Part shown: positions 18,399 to 29,049 of the stretch, one piece after another
Numbering within the stretch: position 1 is the stretch's first letter
Layout: every line of letters begins with the position of its first letter
Assembly (NCBI GenBank): GCA_035370505.1
Contig: DAOOVU010000001.1
Coordinates: 17,109 to 81,108, forward strand
Source: Candidatus Dojkabacteria bacterium
GTDB lineage: Bacteria; Patescibacteriota; Dojkabacteria; SC72
DNA: 64,000 bases
Reading direction: 5' to 3'
Notes under the pieces: generated by a model
What the model was told of the DNA's origin: nothing
The model's input: the letters and a program-made list of their open reading frames with translations, nothing else
Databases searched by the model: none
Made by a program: the position numbers and the translations under genes

Positions 18399-20657
18399 CT
18401 ATGCACTTTGTTCGTCATCTTGTTCTCTTTTTATTATCTCATCAACTGAGTGAGCAAGTACTTTTCTTGGTTTAGAGCCTTCTTCTGGCCCTATTGCCCC
18501 AGCTTCATATAGCTCATCTATGAGTCGTGCAGCCTTATTGTAGCCTATCCTCATCTTTCTTTGTAAAAATGATGAAGATGCCTTCTGTGTGAGAATTACT
18601 ATTTCTAAAGCTTTCTCAAAATCTGGATCTCTCACGCCTGCTTCTTGGATAGATGATCCTTCCTTATTCTTTTCGATTGCTTTTGCCAGTTCCTCGGAGT
18701 ATTCAATATCTTCTTCTGTTATCTGTTCTTTTATCTTTTGAATAATGTTTTCAGTATCTTCTGTAGTTGTATATGTTCCTTGAATTCTCAGTGCTCTTGG
18801 TGTTGTTTGGTCTTTGTAAAGCATATCTCCATTACCAAGTAGTGTCTCTGCTCCTGATTCATCTAAAATTACTCTTGAATCAATGAGTGTAGAGACTGCA
18901 AATGCCATTCTTCCAGGAATGTTTGATTTTATGAGGCCAGTTATTACATTAACTGTTGGTTTTTGTGTTGCTAGAATTAAGTGGATACCAACTGCTCTTC
19001 CCATTTGGGCAAGTCTTTGAATTTTAGTTTCAACCTCTATTCCTGAAGTAAGCATCAAATCTGCCATTTCATCAACTACTACAACAATATATGGCATTGC
19101 TGTAAATCCCATTTTTGTATTGTATTCAGAAAGCTTCTTAACATGCATCTGCTTGAGTAGTCTATATCTTCGCATCATTTCATCAATTACCCAGTCGAAT
19201 GCGTTTGAAGTTAGAGAAACATCGGTGATAACTGGATTGAGGAGATGAGGAATACCATTGTATATTCCCATTTCAACGCCCATTTTAGGATCAACCATTA
19301 TGAATTTTACTTCATCAGGAGTTTTAGTCATTAGTAAACCTGCAAGAAGTGAATTGATTGCGACAGATTTTCCTGTTCCTGTTGCACCTGCAACGAGCAA
19401 ATGAGGAATTTTTGCTAGATCCTTTATAATTGTTTTGCCTGTAATATCTTTACCTAGGATTAATGGCAACTCATATTTATTAGGATCCTGTTTCATCTCT
19501 TGTCTTAGCTTTTTTACCATATCCTTTGTATAGACGAAATTCGGTGTAGGATTTGGTATTTCTACTCCTATAAATGAAGTTCCCGGAATAGGCGCCTCTA
19601 TTCTTATAGATGCTGTTTGTGATGCTAGAGCAAGTGCTAGATCATTGCTCAGATTTTTTACCTTTGAAACTTTTGTTCCTGTACTAATGCTTAAAGAGAA
19701 TCTTAGGACTGTTGGTCCTACAGCTATTGCAACAACTTTGGATTGAATACCAAAATTTCTTAAAGTTACTTCAATTATTTTTGCCTTCTCCTTGTATATC
19801 CTTTCATCTTGTTTTTGATGCTCTCTCTCTGGGAGGATATCTACTGAAGGAAATATCCAATTTGTAAATTTAGGTCTTTGAGGTTCATTGTTATCTGTTT
19901 CTAAATTAGCTCCTTGTGAATATTGTTGAGGATTTTCATCCTCCCCAAAATTTTCATCCTTAGGTGCTGAGTCTCCATGGAGAATCTCTTCTAACCTTCT
20001 TTCCTGTTCTTCTTCATCTGTCTGTTCCACATATGGTTCTGCTGTCTGTATTTCTTCTCCACTTATCTGAATGTCTCCTTCTTTTTTCTCAAAACCAATC
20101 TTTTTGAAAAAATCTTTCAAATTGAATCCTTTTTTCTCATTTCCATTTTCTTCAGGAATTTTGTTTTCTACGAAATCGCGAATCTGTTCCAAGGTTGTTC
20201 CAGTTATTAATGAGAAAGAAATAACGAGCATAAGTATTACAATGAGAATCTCAATGAAATTTCCAAATACTCCATTTAGAGATTGATGAAGAATTTTCCC
20301 TATTTCTCCACCTGCACCCTTAAGAGAATCTTGATTGTTAATTTGTTCTGGTGCTAGCCAAAAAGATAGTAGTACAGCTAGAGAAAGAGAAAAGAGGAAA
20401 AGGCCTAAGGCTTGTTTTTTTGATACAAATTTTTTATGTTTGAGTAGAAGAAAGAAGGAAGAATATATTAAAAGTGTTCCCCATGCTATTGATGAATATC
20501 CTAGTTTTAGTGATATGACATCAAATAGTTTGGTTTGTTCTACAAAAAAAGGAGAAAACAGCACTATTAAACCAAGTACAAAAACAATTAGACCAAAGAA
20601 TATTTTAGTTTCATTGCTTTTTATATTTATTTCTTTTGGTTTCTTTTTTCTGGACAT
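18399..20657 (-). CDS. ftsK: DNA translocase FtsK/SpoIIIE
   Basis: N-terminal TMs, RIEAPIPG, PHLLVAGATGTGKS, DEMADLM, GAETLLGNGDML, gamma domain LQRKMRIGYNKAARLIDEL. Confidence 0.96.
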   Translation of the reverse strand: MSRKKKPKEINIKSNETKIFFGLIVFVLGLIVLFSPFFVEQTKLFDVISLKLGYSSIAWGTLLIYSSFFLLLKHKKFVSKKQALGLFLFSLSLAVLLSFWLAPEQINNQDSLKGAGGEIGKILHQSLNGVFGNFIEILIVILMLVISFSLITGTTLEQIRDFVENKIPEENGNEKKGFNLKDFFKKIGFEKKEGDIQISGEEIQTAEPYVEQTDEEEQERRLEEILHGDSAPKDENFGEDENPQQYSQGANLETDNNEPQRPKFTNWIFPSVDILPEREHQKQDERIYKEKAKIIEVTLRNFGIQSKVVAIAVGPTVLRFSLSISTGTKVSKVKNLSNDLALALASQTASIRIEAPIPGTSFIGVEIPNPTPNFVYTKDMVKKLRQEMKQDPNKYELPLILGKDITGKTIIKDLAKIPHLLVAGATGTGKSVAINSLLAGLLMTKTPDEVKFIMVDPKMGVEMGIYNGIPHLLNPVITDVSLTSNAFDWVIDEMMRRYRLLKQMHVKKLSEYNTKMGFTAMPYIVVVVDEMADLMLTSGIEVETKIQRLAQMGRAVGIHLILATQKPTVNVITGLIKSNIPGRMAFAVSTLIDSRVILDESGAETLLGNGDMLYKDQTTPRALRIQGTYTTTEDTENIIQKIKEQITEEDIEYSEELAKAIEKNKEGSSIQEAGVRDPDFEKALEIVILTQKASSSFLQRKMRIGYNKAARLIDELYEAGAIGPEEGSKPRKVLAHSVDEIIKREQDDEQSA

Positions 20658-20874
20658 ACAGGCTATATGCTAAAAGATTAATGCAGATCGAACCAGTTAT
20701 ATCGTAAGTATAGCTAATGAGTGAATGAAAATACAGAGTGTGTAAGAAATTGACTTGAAATTTTCATTAAGGCTTATGGATACTAGATATTTTATGAATA
20801 TTATGATATAATTGTGGCGTATTAAAGAAAATTAAATACAGCATATTAAAAAATCAGAAAGAGGGGAATTCGTC

Positions 20875-21048
20875 ATGATATGGAAGTGTCTTTTATGTCT
20901 TTCAGGGATGTTGTTGGTGGGGACAATATTCTTTGCATGTATGGCAGTGTTTCAATATGGAACTATGCCATTATATACAAAGGTCCTGTTAATTATCTCC
21001 GGAATCGGCATTTTGTGCTCCTATGGATTCGGAGATTTTGAAGAATAG
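20875..21048 (+). CDS. Unannotated 57-aa two-TM orphan protein
   Basis: MIWKCLLCLSGMLLVGTIFFACMAVFQYGTMPLYTKVLLIISGIGILCSYGFGDFEE. AAGAGGGG SD, TGaTATAAT at 20804-20812, downstream hairpins. Below ORF-track cutoff. Confidence 0.65.
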   Translation: MIWKCLLCLSGMLLVGTIFFACMAVFQYGTMPLYTKVLLIISGIGILCSYGFGDFEE

Positions 21049-21054
21049 TGAATA

Positions 21055-21140
21055 GTAATCTTTCTGATTACAAAAAGAAGGGAAATGATCCTAATTACTA
21101 GCTTTCCTAGTATTTTATCGTTTCCCTTCGTTCTTTTTGT
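21055..21140 (+). terminator. Double hairpin / intrinsic terminator
   Basis: GTAATC-N5-GATTAC, then ACAAAAAGAAGGGAAATGAT...TACTAG-N5-CTAGTA...ATCGTTTCCCTTCGTTCTTTTTGT. Confidence 0.6.
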
Positions 21141-21183
21141 GTTATTTTATGTAAATAATTTCCTTTTAGTGGTACTATACTCT

Positions 21184-21212
21184 TTGACTATTCTTGATAA
21201 ATGTGTTAATAT
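21184..21212 (+). promoter_or_regulatory. rpoBC promoter
   Basis: TTGACT-17 nt-TAATAT with TG extension, about 110 nt upstream of rpoB. Confidence 0.55.
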
Positions 21213-21325
21213 CCCCCAAGTCCTTGGATTTTTGCTTAAAGAAGTGGTATCATACCATGCTTTGTTGGATATCGCTTCGGTCAAGTAACAAGTAATATGT
21301 TATAACATAACTAAATATTTACCCT

Positions 21326-24300
21326 ATGCTAAAACCTAAAAGTAATAGATCTGGGAGGTTGAACCTTGGCCTCGATTATTCAAAAGAGCTCGAATTCCCC
21401 AACCTCATAGAAGCTCAATTGACTTCTTTTGATAATTTTAAGAAGAATGGATTCCAAAATCTATTTGCGGATATAAATCCTGTGAAAGATACAATGGAGA
21501 GGATGTGGACTTTGGAATTCAAAGATTTTAGATGTGGAGATCCATATAGAAGTATAGAAGAGGCAACAAATAAGGGATTGTCATATGAAATTCCAGTCTA
21601 TGCAAAGGTTCAGTTAATGAACAACAAAACTGGTGAAATTAAAGAACAGGAAATATTTGTAACAGACCTTCCATGTATGACGGATGATGGTGTCTTTATC
21701 TTTAATGGAGAAAGAAGGGTTGTAACGCACCAGATTGTAAGAGCAGAAGGTGTTTTGTATGAAGAGTCAGAAAAACTTCCAACAAGAACTTTGTATAAGT
21801 GTAGGCTTATGCCTGAGAAAGGTCCTTGGTATGAAATTGACACAAACAGGCACAATGTCATATCAATGAGGGTTCTTCCTAAGAGACCAAAAGTGTTAAT
21901 AACAGAACTTTTGCGTGTATTTGGATGGGAAAGTGATGATGAAATTAGAAAGCTATTTGCTGATGTTGATACGAATGAAGAGAATAAATATATAGAGGCT
22001 ACTTTAGCAAGAGATTTTTCAAATAATAAGGAGGAGGCTGTAATCAGCATATATAACAAGCTTAGACCTGATGAATCAGTCACATTAGAGAGTGCTGAGA
22101 GGTACATTAAAAGTAATTTCTTTAATGTGAGAAAATTTAATCTGGGGAGAATTGGAAGGTATCAGTTAAATAGGAAGCTTGGAACCACATATGATATCAA
22201 TAATAAAGATGAAATTGTTTTGTATCCAAATGATATTGTACTTGCAGTTAAGAGATTAATTCAGACAAATAATGGAGAAGTTGAGCCTGATGATATTGAT
22301 CATCTTTGCAATAGAAGGATAAGGAGTGTTGGAGAAATAATTGAAAGACAACTCAATGGTGCAGTCAGAAGACTTGAGAAGAATATTAAAGACAAGATGA
22401 GTTTGTATGGACAAGATGCAAAGGTTACGCCATCAATGCTTGTTAGTACTAAGCCAATATCTGCAGCAATTCAGTCATTCTTCGGTACTAATGCTCTTTC
22501 TAGCTTTATGGATCAGACAAACATACTTTCTGAGCTTGAAAACAAAAGAAAAGTTACAGCAAGTGGTCCAGGTGGAATTACTAAAGAGAGAGCAACTTTT
22601 TCTGTGAGAGAAGTGCATAATTCTCACTATTCAAAATTTGATCCTGTAACAAGTCCGGAAAGTGCAAGTATTGGTGTTGTAACGCAGTTAGCAATGCTTG
22701 CAAGAATTAATGAATTTGGTTTCTTAGAAGCTCCATACTACAGAGTATTTCATACAGTGGAAAATACTAAGGCTAAATTAGTTCATAGAATAGCACTAGA
22801 GGATATTAAAATAGGGAAAACTGTATTAGTAAAGGCAGGTACTTTAATAGATGAAGAAACTGCAAAGAAGATAGAGAAGGAGAGCAAAATTAAAGAGATA
22901 AGTGTTAAACCATTCGTAGGAGAAGATATAGAATATCTAGATGCTATGGAGGAGGAAAAGTGTCACATATCATCTGCCACCATAACTAAAGATGAGTATG
23001 GAAATATAATTGATACACTTGTTCCAGTAAGGTACAAAGGAGATTTCTCTATTGAGGATTCTAGAATAGTTACACATGTTGATGTTGTTGCAAGCCAGCA
23101 AGCGGGATTAGGAATGTCCCTTATTCCATTCGTATCCCACGACGATGCAATGAGAGCTTTAATGGGTGCAAATCAACAAAGACAGGCTGTTCCACTTGTA
23201 AAACAGCAGGCTCCTCTTGTAGGTACTGGAATGGAAGAAGTTGTTGCAAGACAATCATCTTGGGGTATCTTTGCGGAAGAGGATGGGGAAGTTCTGTACT
23301 GTGATGCTAACAGTTTGTCTGTTAAATATTCAAAATCAGGAGTAAAAGAGTACAGAATAATATCTTTCTACAGAAGTAATGATAATCAATGCTTTACTCA
23401 AAAACCCATAGTTGAAGTAGGACAAAAATTTAAAAAAGGAGATGTTTTAGTAGATGGTCCTACCATGGTTGATGGTGAATTTTCAGCCGGAACAAATATT
23501 AGGGCGGCATTGATGTTTTATGAAGGCTACAACTATGAAGATTCTGCAGTTATTTCTGAAAGGATTGTTCGAGATGATATATTAACATCTGTGCATATTC
23601 GAGAATATTCTGTTGATATCCGAGATACTGAGCTTGGACCTGAAATGATAACTGCTGATATTCCACATATTAATGACAGGATTCTACACAAACTAGATGA
23701 AAGAGGAATAGTAATCCCAGGAGTCCAAGTTAAATCTGGAGATATTCTAGTTGGTGTAATAGCGCCTAGGGGCGAGAAGGAACTTACAGCTGAAGAACGA
23801 TTACTTCGAGCAATATTTGGAGAGTCAGCAAGTGATGTAAGAGATAATTCATTGAGAGTCCCTCATGGGGAGGAAGGAATAGTAATAAGGACGCAAATTC
23901 TTTCTACAGATAAAGGAGATAAACTTAGTCCAGGTGTTCTTCATCAGGTAAAAGTCTGGGTAGCAAGTACGAAGAAAATAGGTTTTGGAGACAAAATTGC
24001 AGGAAGACATGGAGACAAAAATACAATTGCTGCGATCAGACCTATTGAAGATATGCCATTTACAGAAGATGGAGAACCAGTAGATATTGTTCTCACTCCA
24101 ACATTCCTTAAAAGAATGAACATGGGGCAAGCTGAAGAAGTCCATTACGGACGATTTGCTGAACTTCTTAATGAGAAACTAGGTTTCCCGATTTTTGAAG
24201 GAGAAAATACAGAATGGATATCTGAAGAATTGAAAAAGAGAGGATTTTCAGATGAACAAAAAGTTGACTTGTATGATGGAAGAACCGGAGAGAAATTCCC

Positions 24301-24706
24301 AAATAAAGTTACCGTGGGAGTTAAATATGTGCTCAAGCTTCATCATATAGCTGATGAAAAAATGCATGCAAGGTCTACTGGTCCGTACACTGCTGTATCT
24401 CAGCAACCATTAAGAGGAAAAGCTCAAATGGGAGGACAGAGATTTGGAGAAATGGAAGTGTGGGCTCTTGAGTCTCATAGTGCCGCATATGCTTTGCAGG
24501 AAATGTTAACCATAAAGTCAGATGATGTAAAAGGAAGATCCGCAACGTATAAAGCAATAATCCATGGGGAAAAGATAGAGAATGTAAATATTCCAGAATC
24601 ATTCAAAGTGCTGGTTAAGGAATTAAATGCACTTTGCTTAAATATTGATTTAATTTCAACTAAAAGTAATCAGGAAGAGGAGGTTATAATTGATGAAGAA
24701 AAATAG
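21326..24706 (+). CDS. rpoB: RNA polymerase beta subunit
   Basis: DDIDHLCNRRIR, FMDQTN, ALMGANQQRQAVPL, GDKIAGRHG, KMHARSTGPY, GGQRFGEMEVWALE. Confidence 0.98.
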   Translation: MLKPKSNRSGRLNLGLDYSKELEFPNLIEAQLTSFDNFKKNGFQNLFADINPVKDTMERMWTLEFKDFRCGDPYRSIEEATNKGLSYEIPVYAKVQLMNNKTGEIKEQEIFVTDLPCMTDDGVFIFNGERRVVTHQIVRAEGVLYEESEKLPTRTLYKCRLMPEKGPWYEIDTNRHNVISMRVLPKRPKVLITELLRVFGWESDDEIRKLFADVDTNEENKYIEATLARDFSNNKEEAVISIYNKLRPDESVTLESAERYIKSNFFNVRKFNLGRIGRYQLNRKLGTTYDINNKDEIVLYPNDIVLAVKRLIQTNNGEVEPDDIDHLCNRRIRSVGEIIERQLNGAVRRLEKNIKDKMSLYGQDAKVTPSMLVSTKPISAAIQSFFGTNALSSFMDQTNILSELENKRKVTASGPGGITKERATFSVREVHNSHYSKFDPVTSPESASIGVVTQLAMLARINEFGFLEAPYYRVFHTVENTKAKLVHRIALEDIKIGKTVLVKAGTLIDEETAKKIEKESKIKEISVKPFVGEDIEYLDAMEEEKCHISSATITKDEYGNIIDTLVPVRYKGDFSIEDSRIVTHVDVVASQQAGLGMSLIPFVSHDDAMRALMGANQQRQAVPLVKQQAPLVGTGMEEVVARQSSWGIFAEEDGEVLYCDANSLSVKYSKSGVKEYRIISFYRSNDNQCFTQKPIVEVGQKFKKGDVLVDGPTMVDGEFSAGTNIRAALMFYEGYNYEDSAVISERIVRDDILTSVHIREYSVDIRDTELGPEMITADIPHINDRILHKLDERGIVIPGVQVKSGDILVGVIAPRGEKELTAEERLLRAIFGESASDVRDNSLRVPHGEEGIVIRTQILSTDKGDKLSPGVLHQVKVWVASTKKIGFGDKIAGRHGDKNTIAAIRPIEDMPFTEDGEPVDIVLTPTFLKRMNMGQAEEVHYGRFAELLNEKLGFPIFEGENTEWISEELKKRGFSDEQKVDLYDGRTGEKFPNKVTVGVKYVLKLHHIADEKMHARSTGPYTAVSQQPLRGKAQMGGQRFGEMEVWALESHSAAYALQEMLTIKSDDVKGRSATYKAIIHGEKIENVNIPESFKVLVKELNALCLNIDLISTKSNQEEEVIIDEEK

Positions 24707-27700
24707 TAAAACAAAAATGGGTGATTTTGATGCACTCAAGCTTACCCTTGCTTCTGCTGACCAGATTTTAGATTGGTCATATGGAGAAGTAACTAAAGCA
24801 GAAACAATAAACTACAGAACATTTAGAGCTGAACCTGATGGATTGTTTTGTGAGAAAATTTTTGGACCAACTAAAAACTATGAATGTTACTGTGGAAAAT
24901 ACAAGAAGATAAGGTACAAGGGTATTGTATGTGATAAATGTGGAGTTGAAGTTACATCGCAGGATGTGCGAAGAGAAAGGATGGGACATATAGAGCTTGC
25001 TATCCCAGTCGCACATGTTTGGTATGCATATGGCATTCCTAACAAAATGTCCATAGTTTTAGATATCCCTCACAAGAAGATACTTTCTGTCATCTACTAC
25101 ACAAGATATATGGTTGTTTCTGCAAATACAGAGGAGAGAGAAGCAACATTAGTAAAAGCAAGAGATTTGAAGGAAAAAGAAATTAAGGAATTGCATGAAC
25201 AGTTGGAAGAAGAGCTCAAAGCTACAACTGAGACATTTGAGCAGGAAATGAAGGCAGAAAAGAAGACAAAAGAGAAGAATAAGGAGTTCAAAGTAAGTCA
25301 GCTTGAACATAAAAGGAATCAAGCTCTTGCAAAAATTAGAAGAGACTATGCAGAAAAGGAAGAGGAGATTGAAAATTTCTATTCGAAGATAAATCAAACT
25401 CTTGAAAAATTAGAAGTTGGAACTGTTCTTTCTGAAGATGAATATTCTGATTTAGCTGATAGAGATTTAGTTTTCTTTGAAGCAATGATGGGAGCAGAGG
25501 CAATAGAAAAGCTTTTGGATAATCTGAACTTAGAAGAAGAAATTGCCAAACTAAAGAAAAGGTCAGAAAAGGAAAAGGGAGAAAAGAAATCTGCAACAGT
25601 AAGAAGGATGCAGTATCTAGAGGGATTCTTGAAGAATGGTATTAAGCCTTCAAGTATGGTTATTAGGATTCTTCCAGTACTTCCTCCTGAATTAAGACCA
25701 ATAATTCCTCTTTCTGGAGGAAAATTTGCTACTTCTGATTTGAATGATTTGTATAGGAGAATCATTAATAGAAATAACAGGCTCAAAAAGCTAATGGAAA
25801 TAGGAGCTCCTGATGTGATATTGAGAAATGAAAAAAGGATGCTTCAGGAAGCTGTAGATGCATTGATTGATAACTCGCATAGACCTTCCAAGGCAATGAT
25901 TAATAGTAAAAGACTTCCATATCAGTCTTTGACAGATGATTTAAGGGGAAAGAAAGGTATTTTCAGAAAGAATCTTCTAGGAAAGAGGGTTGATTACTCT
26001 GGGAGAGCCGTTATTGATGGTGATCCTAGTTTGAAATTTGATCAGTGTGGACTACCAAAGAGTATAGCTTTAGAAATATTTAAACCCTTTGTTATATATC
26101 AACTCTTGAATAGAGAATTAGCCCCAAATGTAAGGGTAGCAAAAGATATGATAGAGGAAGAGGAGGATGTTATCTGGGATCTTTTAGAGGAAGTAATAAA
26201 GAATAAACCAGTATTACTTAATAGAGCTCCTACCTTACATAAATATAGTGTACAGGCCTTTTATCCTAAACTTGTTGAAGGAGAGGCAATTAGAATTCAT
26301 CCACTTGTATGTAAAGCATTCAATGCAGACTTTGATGGAGATCAAATGGCAGTTCATGTGTTGTTAACAGATGAGGCTATTGAAGAGGCAAAAAAGGAAA
26401 TGATGTCCTCTCTCAACATTGTTAATATATCTAATGGAGAAGTTTTAGCATCACCAAGTAAAGAGATGCTTCTTGGATATTATTTGATGACAGATTTGAA
26501 AGAGCAGAAGAATCCTAAAATTTTTTGTGATGAAGATTCTGCAATAAAGGCATATGAAGAAGGAAAAATCTCAATAGATGAAGAAATTATAGTGAAAACA
26601 AAGGGACAGGTACTTCATACATCTGTAGGAAGAGTGATTTTCAATAATATTCTTCCTGAGGATTATCCATTTGTGAATGAGCAGATCAATATTAAGGGAT
26701 TGGGAAAAATAATAAACAAAATAAAGAACACGAGAGAACTTTCTGAGCTTGTCAGAATTTTAGATGATCTAAAGTCTCTTGGTTTTAAGTATGCTACGGA
26801 TTTAGGATTCTCATTTGCAATAAGTGATTGTGATGTTGATTTTGATTTGAAGTCAGAAATAAAGAAAATGGAAGAAAAAGATGAGCAGCTTCAGGAAAAT
26901 TACATTCAAGGTCTAATAACTCGAAAAGAGAAAACGAATATATCAATCAACATGTGGGACGATTTTGCAACAGAAATTGCGGATAAAGCATGGGAAAAAC
27001 TTGATAAACATAATCCTGTTCTTCAAATGGTAGAATCAGGAGCCAATGGAGGTAAAATACAGGCTGGACAGGTTCTTGCAATCAAAGGAGTTGTCAGAGA
27101 CTCTAGAGGAAACTTAGTAGCTATGCCAATCAAAGGAAACTACAGAGATGGTCTTAGTGCTTTTGAATATTTTGTTGCTGCTAAAGCAGGACGAAAAGGT
27201 GTAGCTGATAGATCTTTGAAGACTTCTTCATCTGGTTACTTAACTAGAAAACTTGTTGATGTTGCTCATGATGTAATAATCCGACACGATGATTGTGGAT
27301 ATGATGGGGAAGGATTAGCAATCAGAAGAGAAGACAACAGAAGGATAGAGTTTAAAGATAGGATATATGGAAGAGTATTAGCAAAGGATGTTACAGTTGG
27401 AAAGAAAGTTATTGGAAAAAAGAATGAGATCATAACACAAGATATAGCAGAACAAATAGATAGTGCGGGTATTAATGAGGTTTCAGTGAGGACGCCTTTG
27501 CTCTGTAAGTCTCCTATTGGAATTTGTAAAAAGTGCTATGGATTGAACTTAGAGAATGGAAAAGAAATAGATATGGGAAGGGCAGTTGGTGTAATTGCAG
27601 CACAATCAATTGGTGAGCCTAGCACTCAGATGACTATGCAGACATTCCATAAAGGAGGAGTTCAAAAGATAGATATAACACAGGGTCTTCCAAGAATAGA

Positions 27701-28577
27701 TGAGCTTTTTGAAGCAAGAACACCAAAAGCTGAAGCAAGTGTGTCCTCAATTGATGGAAAAGTTCATATTGATGTAGCAGAAGATGAGTCTGCCATAATT
27801 ACAATAACGGGAACTAGGAAACTAGTAAGATATAGTATTGTCTCTCGAGCAAAAAGTTTACTTGTTCAAAGTGGTCAGGAGGTAAAAAATGGTGAGGTGA
27901 TGTTTGTCGATGAATATGGAGATGAGAGACAAGCTCCGTTTGATGGAGTTGCAATGATTGATGGCGGAATATTAACCTTAACTGGTACTGTCAAAGCAGA
28001 AGAATCAATTCCTGTACTTCCAGGAGTTAGTATTTTGGTAGAAGATGGAAGTCTTGTAAAAGCTGGGACACAACTAACGGAAGGTTCTCTAGATCCGAAG
28101 AAGTTGGCAGAAGCTGTAGATATACTTTCTGCTCAAAAATATATTCTAGACGGTGTTCAGGAAGTATTTAACAAGAATGGAGTTTCTGTCGATGATATCC
28201 ATATTGAAATAATACTCCGACAAATGGCGAGATTAGGAAAAGTAGTTGAATCAGGAGATTCAAGTTATTTGATAGGATCATTTGTTAATAGATTTATGGG
28301 AGAAGTTAAGAATGAAATTCTGGTATCAGAAGGAAAGAATAAAGCATTGATACTTCCTGTCCTTTTGGGAATTAAGACATCATCTTTGAATACTGAGAGT
28401 TTCCTCTCCTCTATTTCATTCCAAGAGCAAGTTAGAGTCCTTACAAATGCCGCCATATTAGGGAAAACCGATTACCTAAGAGGTATGAAGGAGAATGTAA
28501 TAATTGGTAAATTAATTCCTGTTGGAGAAAGAGCTGAAGTGAAAGACTTTAAATCTCTGGAGGAGTTTAAAAATTAG
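24693..28577 (+). CDS. rpoC: RNA polymerase beta' subunit
   Basis: GLFCEKIFGP, zinc finger, LLGKRVDYSGR, NADFDGDQMAVH, AAQSIGEPSTQMTM. AGGAGGT SD before ATG 24693. Confidence 0.98.
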   Translation: MKKNSKTKMGDFDALKLTLASADQILDWSYGEVTKAETINYRTFRAEPDGLFCEKIFGPTKNYECYCGKYKKIRYKGIVCDKCGVEVTSQDVRRERMGHIELAIPVAHVWYAYGIPNKMSIVLDIPHKKILSVIYYTRYMVVSANTEEREATLVKARDLKEKEIKELHEQLEEELKATTETFEQEMKAEKKTKEKNKEFKVSQLEHKRNQALAKIRRDYAEKEEEIENFYSKINQTLEKLEVGTVLSEDEYSDLADRDLVFFEAMMGAEAIEKLLDNLNLEEEIAKLKKRSEKEKGEKKSATVRRMQYLEGFLKNGIKPSSMVIRILPVLPPELRPIIPLSGGKFATSDLNDLYRRIINRNNRLKKLMEIGAPDVILRNEKRMLQEAVDALIDNSHRPSKAMINSKRLPYQSLTDDLRGKKGIFRKNLLGKRVDYSGRAVIDGDPSLKFDQCGLPKSIALEIFKPFVIYQLLNRELAPNVRVAKDMIEEEEDVIWDLLEEVIKNKPVLLNRAPTLHKYSVQAFYPKLVEGEAIRIHPLVCKAFNADFDGDQMAVHVLLTDEAIEEAKKEMMSSLNIVNISNGEVLASPSKEMLLGYYLMTDLKEQKNPKIFCDEDSAIKAYEEGKISIDEEIIVKTKGQVLHTSVGRVIFNNILPEDYPFVNEQINIKGLGKIINKIKNTRELSELVRILDDLKSLGFKYATDLGFSFAISDCDVDFDLKSEIKKMEEKDEQLQENYIQGLITRKEKTNISINMWDDFATEIADKAWEKLDKHNPVLQMVESGANGGKIQAGQVLAIKGVVRDSRGNLVAMPIKGNYRDGLSAFEYFVAAKAGRKGVADRSLKTSSSGYLTRKLVDVAHDVIIRHDDCGYDGEGLAIRREDNRRIEFKDRIYGRVLAKDVTVGKKVIGKKNEIITQDIAEQIDSAGINEVSVRTPLLCKSPIGICKKCYGLNLENGKEIDMGRAVGVIAAQSIGEPSTQMTMQTFHKGGVQKIDITQGLPRIDELFEARTPKAEASVSSIDGKVHIDVAEDESAIITITGTRKLVRYSIVSRAKSLLVQSGQEVKNGEVMFVDEYGDERQAPFDGVAMIDGGILTLTGTVKAEESIPVLPGVSILVEDGSLVKAGTQLTEGSLDPKKLAEAVDILSAQKYILDGVQEVFNKNGVSVDDIHIEIILRQMARLGKVVESGDSSYLIGSFVNRFMGEVKNEILVSEGKNKALILPVLLGIKTSSLNTESFLSSISFQEQVRVLTNAAILGKTDYLRGMKENVIIGKLIPVGERAEVKDFKSLEEFKN

Positions 28578-28601
28578 TTGATTTTGTATATAATAAGCAC
28601 C

Positions 28602-29021
28602 ATGCCAACAATAAATCAGTTAGTAAGAAAACCTAGGAAATCAAGTCAAAAGAAAGCAAAGCATACTCAATTGGCTAGAGATTTCAATCCGTTGAAAAAT
28701 AGATACAAGAAGACACCAAATCCTTTCAAGAGAGGGGTATGTCTTCAGGTTAAAACAATGACACCTAAGAAGCCTAATTCAGCCTTAAGAAAAGTTGCCA
28801 AGGTTAGAATGTCTAACGGAATGGAAGTTACAGCATATATTCCAGGTGAAGGACATAACCTTCAGGAACACTCAGTTGTGCTACTCAAGGCTGGACGAAA
28901 AAGGGATCTTCCTGGTGTAAAATACATTGTAGTCAGAGGAAAATATGATGCAGGAGGAGTAAAAGGAAGGAAGAAAGCAAGATCTAAGTATGGGGTTAAG
29001 AAAGAGGATGTTGAAAAATAG
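28602..29021 (+). CDS. rpsL: 30S ribosomal protein S12
   Basis: [39 protein letters not shown]. Confidence 0.98.
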   Translation: MPTINQLVRKPRKSSQKKAKHTQLARDFNPLKNRYKKTPNPFKRGVCLQVKTMTPKKPNSALRKVAKVRMSNGMEVTAYIPGEGHNLQEHSVVLLKAGRKRDLPGVKYIVVRGKYDAGGVKGRKKARSKYGVKKEDVEK

Positions 29022-29049
29022 TTATTTTTAATTGTAATTTGATTTAATA

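Noticed and set aside
21085-21288. 67-aa hydrophobic ORF before rpoB
   Set aside because: Starts inside the terminator hairpin and spans the rpoB promoter; hydrophobicity reflects T-rich DNA.
21356-21366. AGGTTGAACCT, matching the AGG-N5-CCT unit, inside rpoB
   Set aside because: Single copy in coding sequence; compatible with chance.
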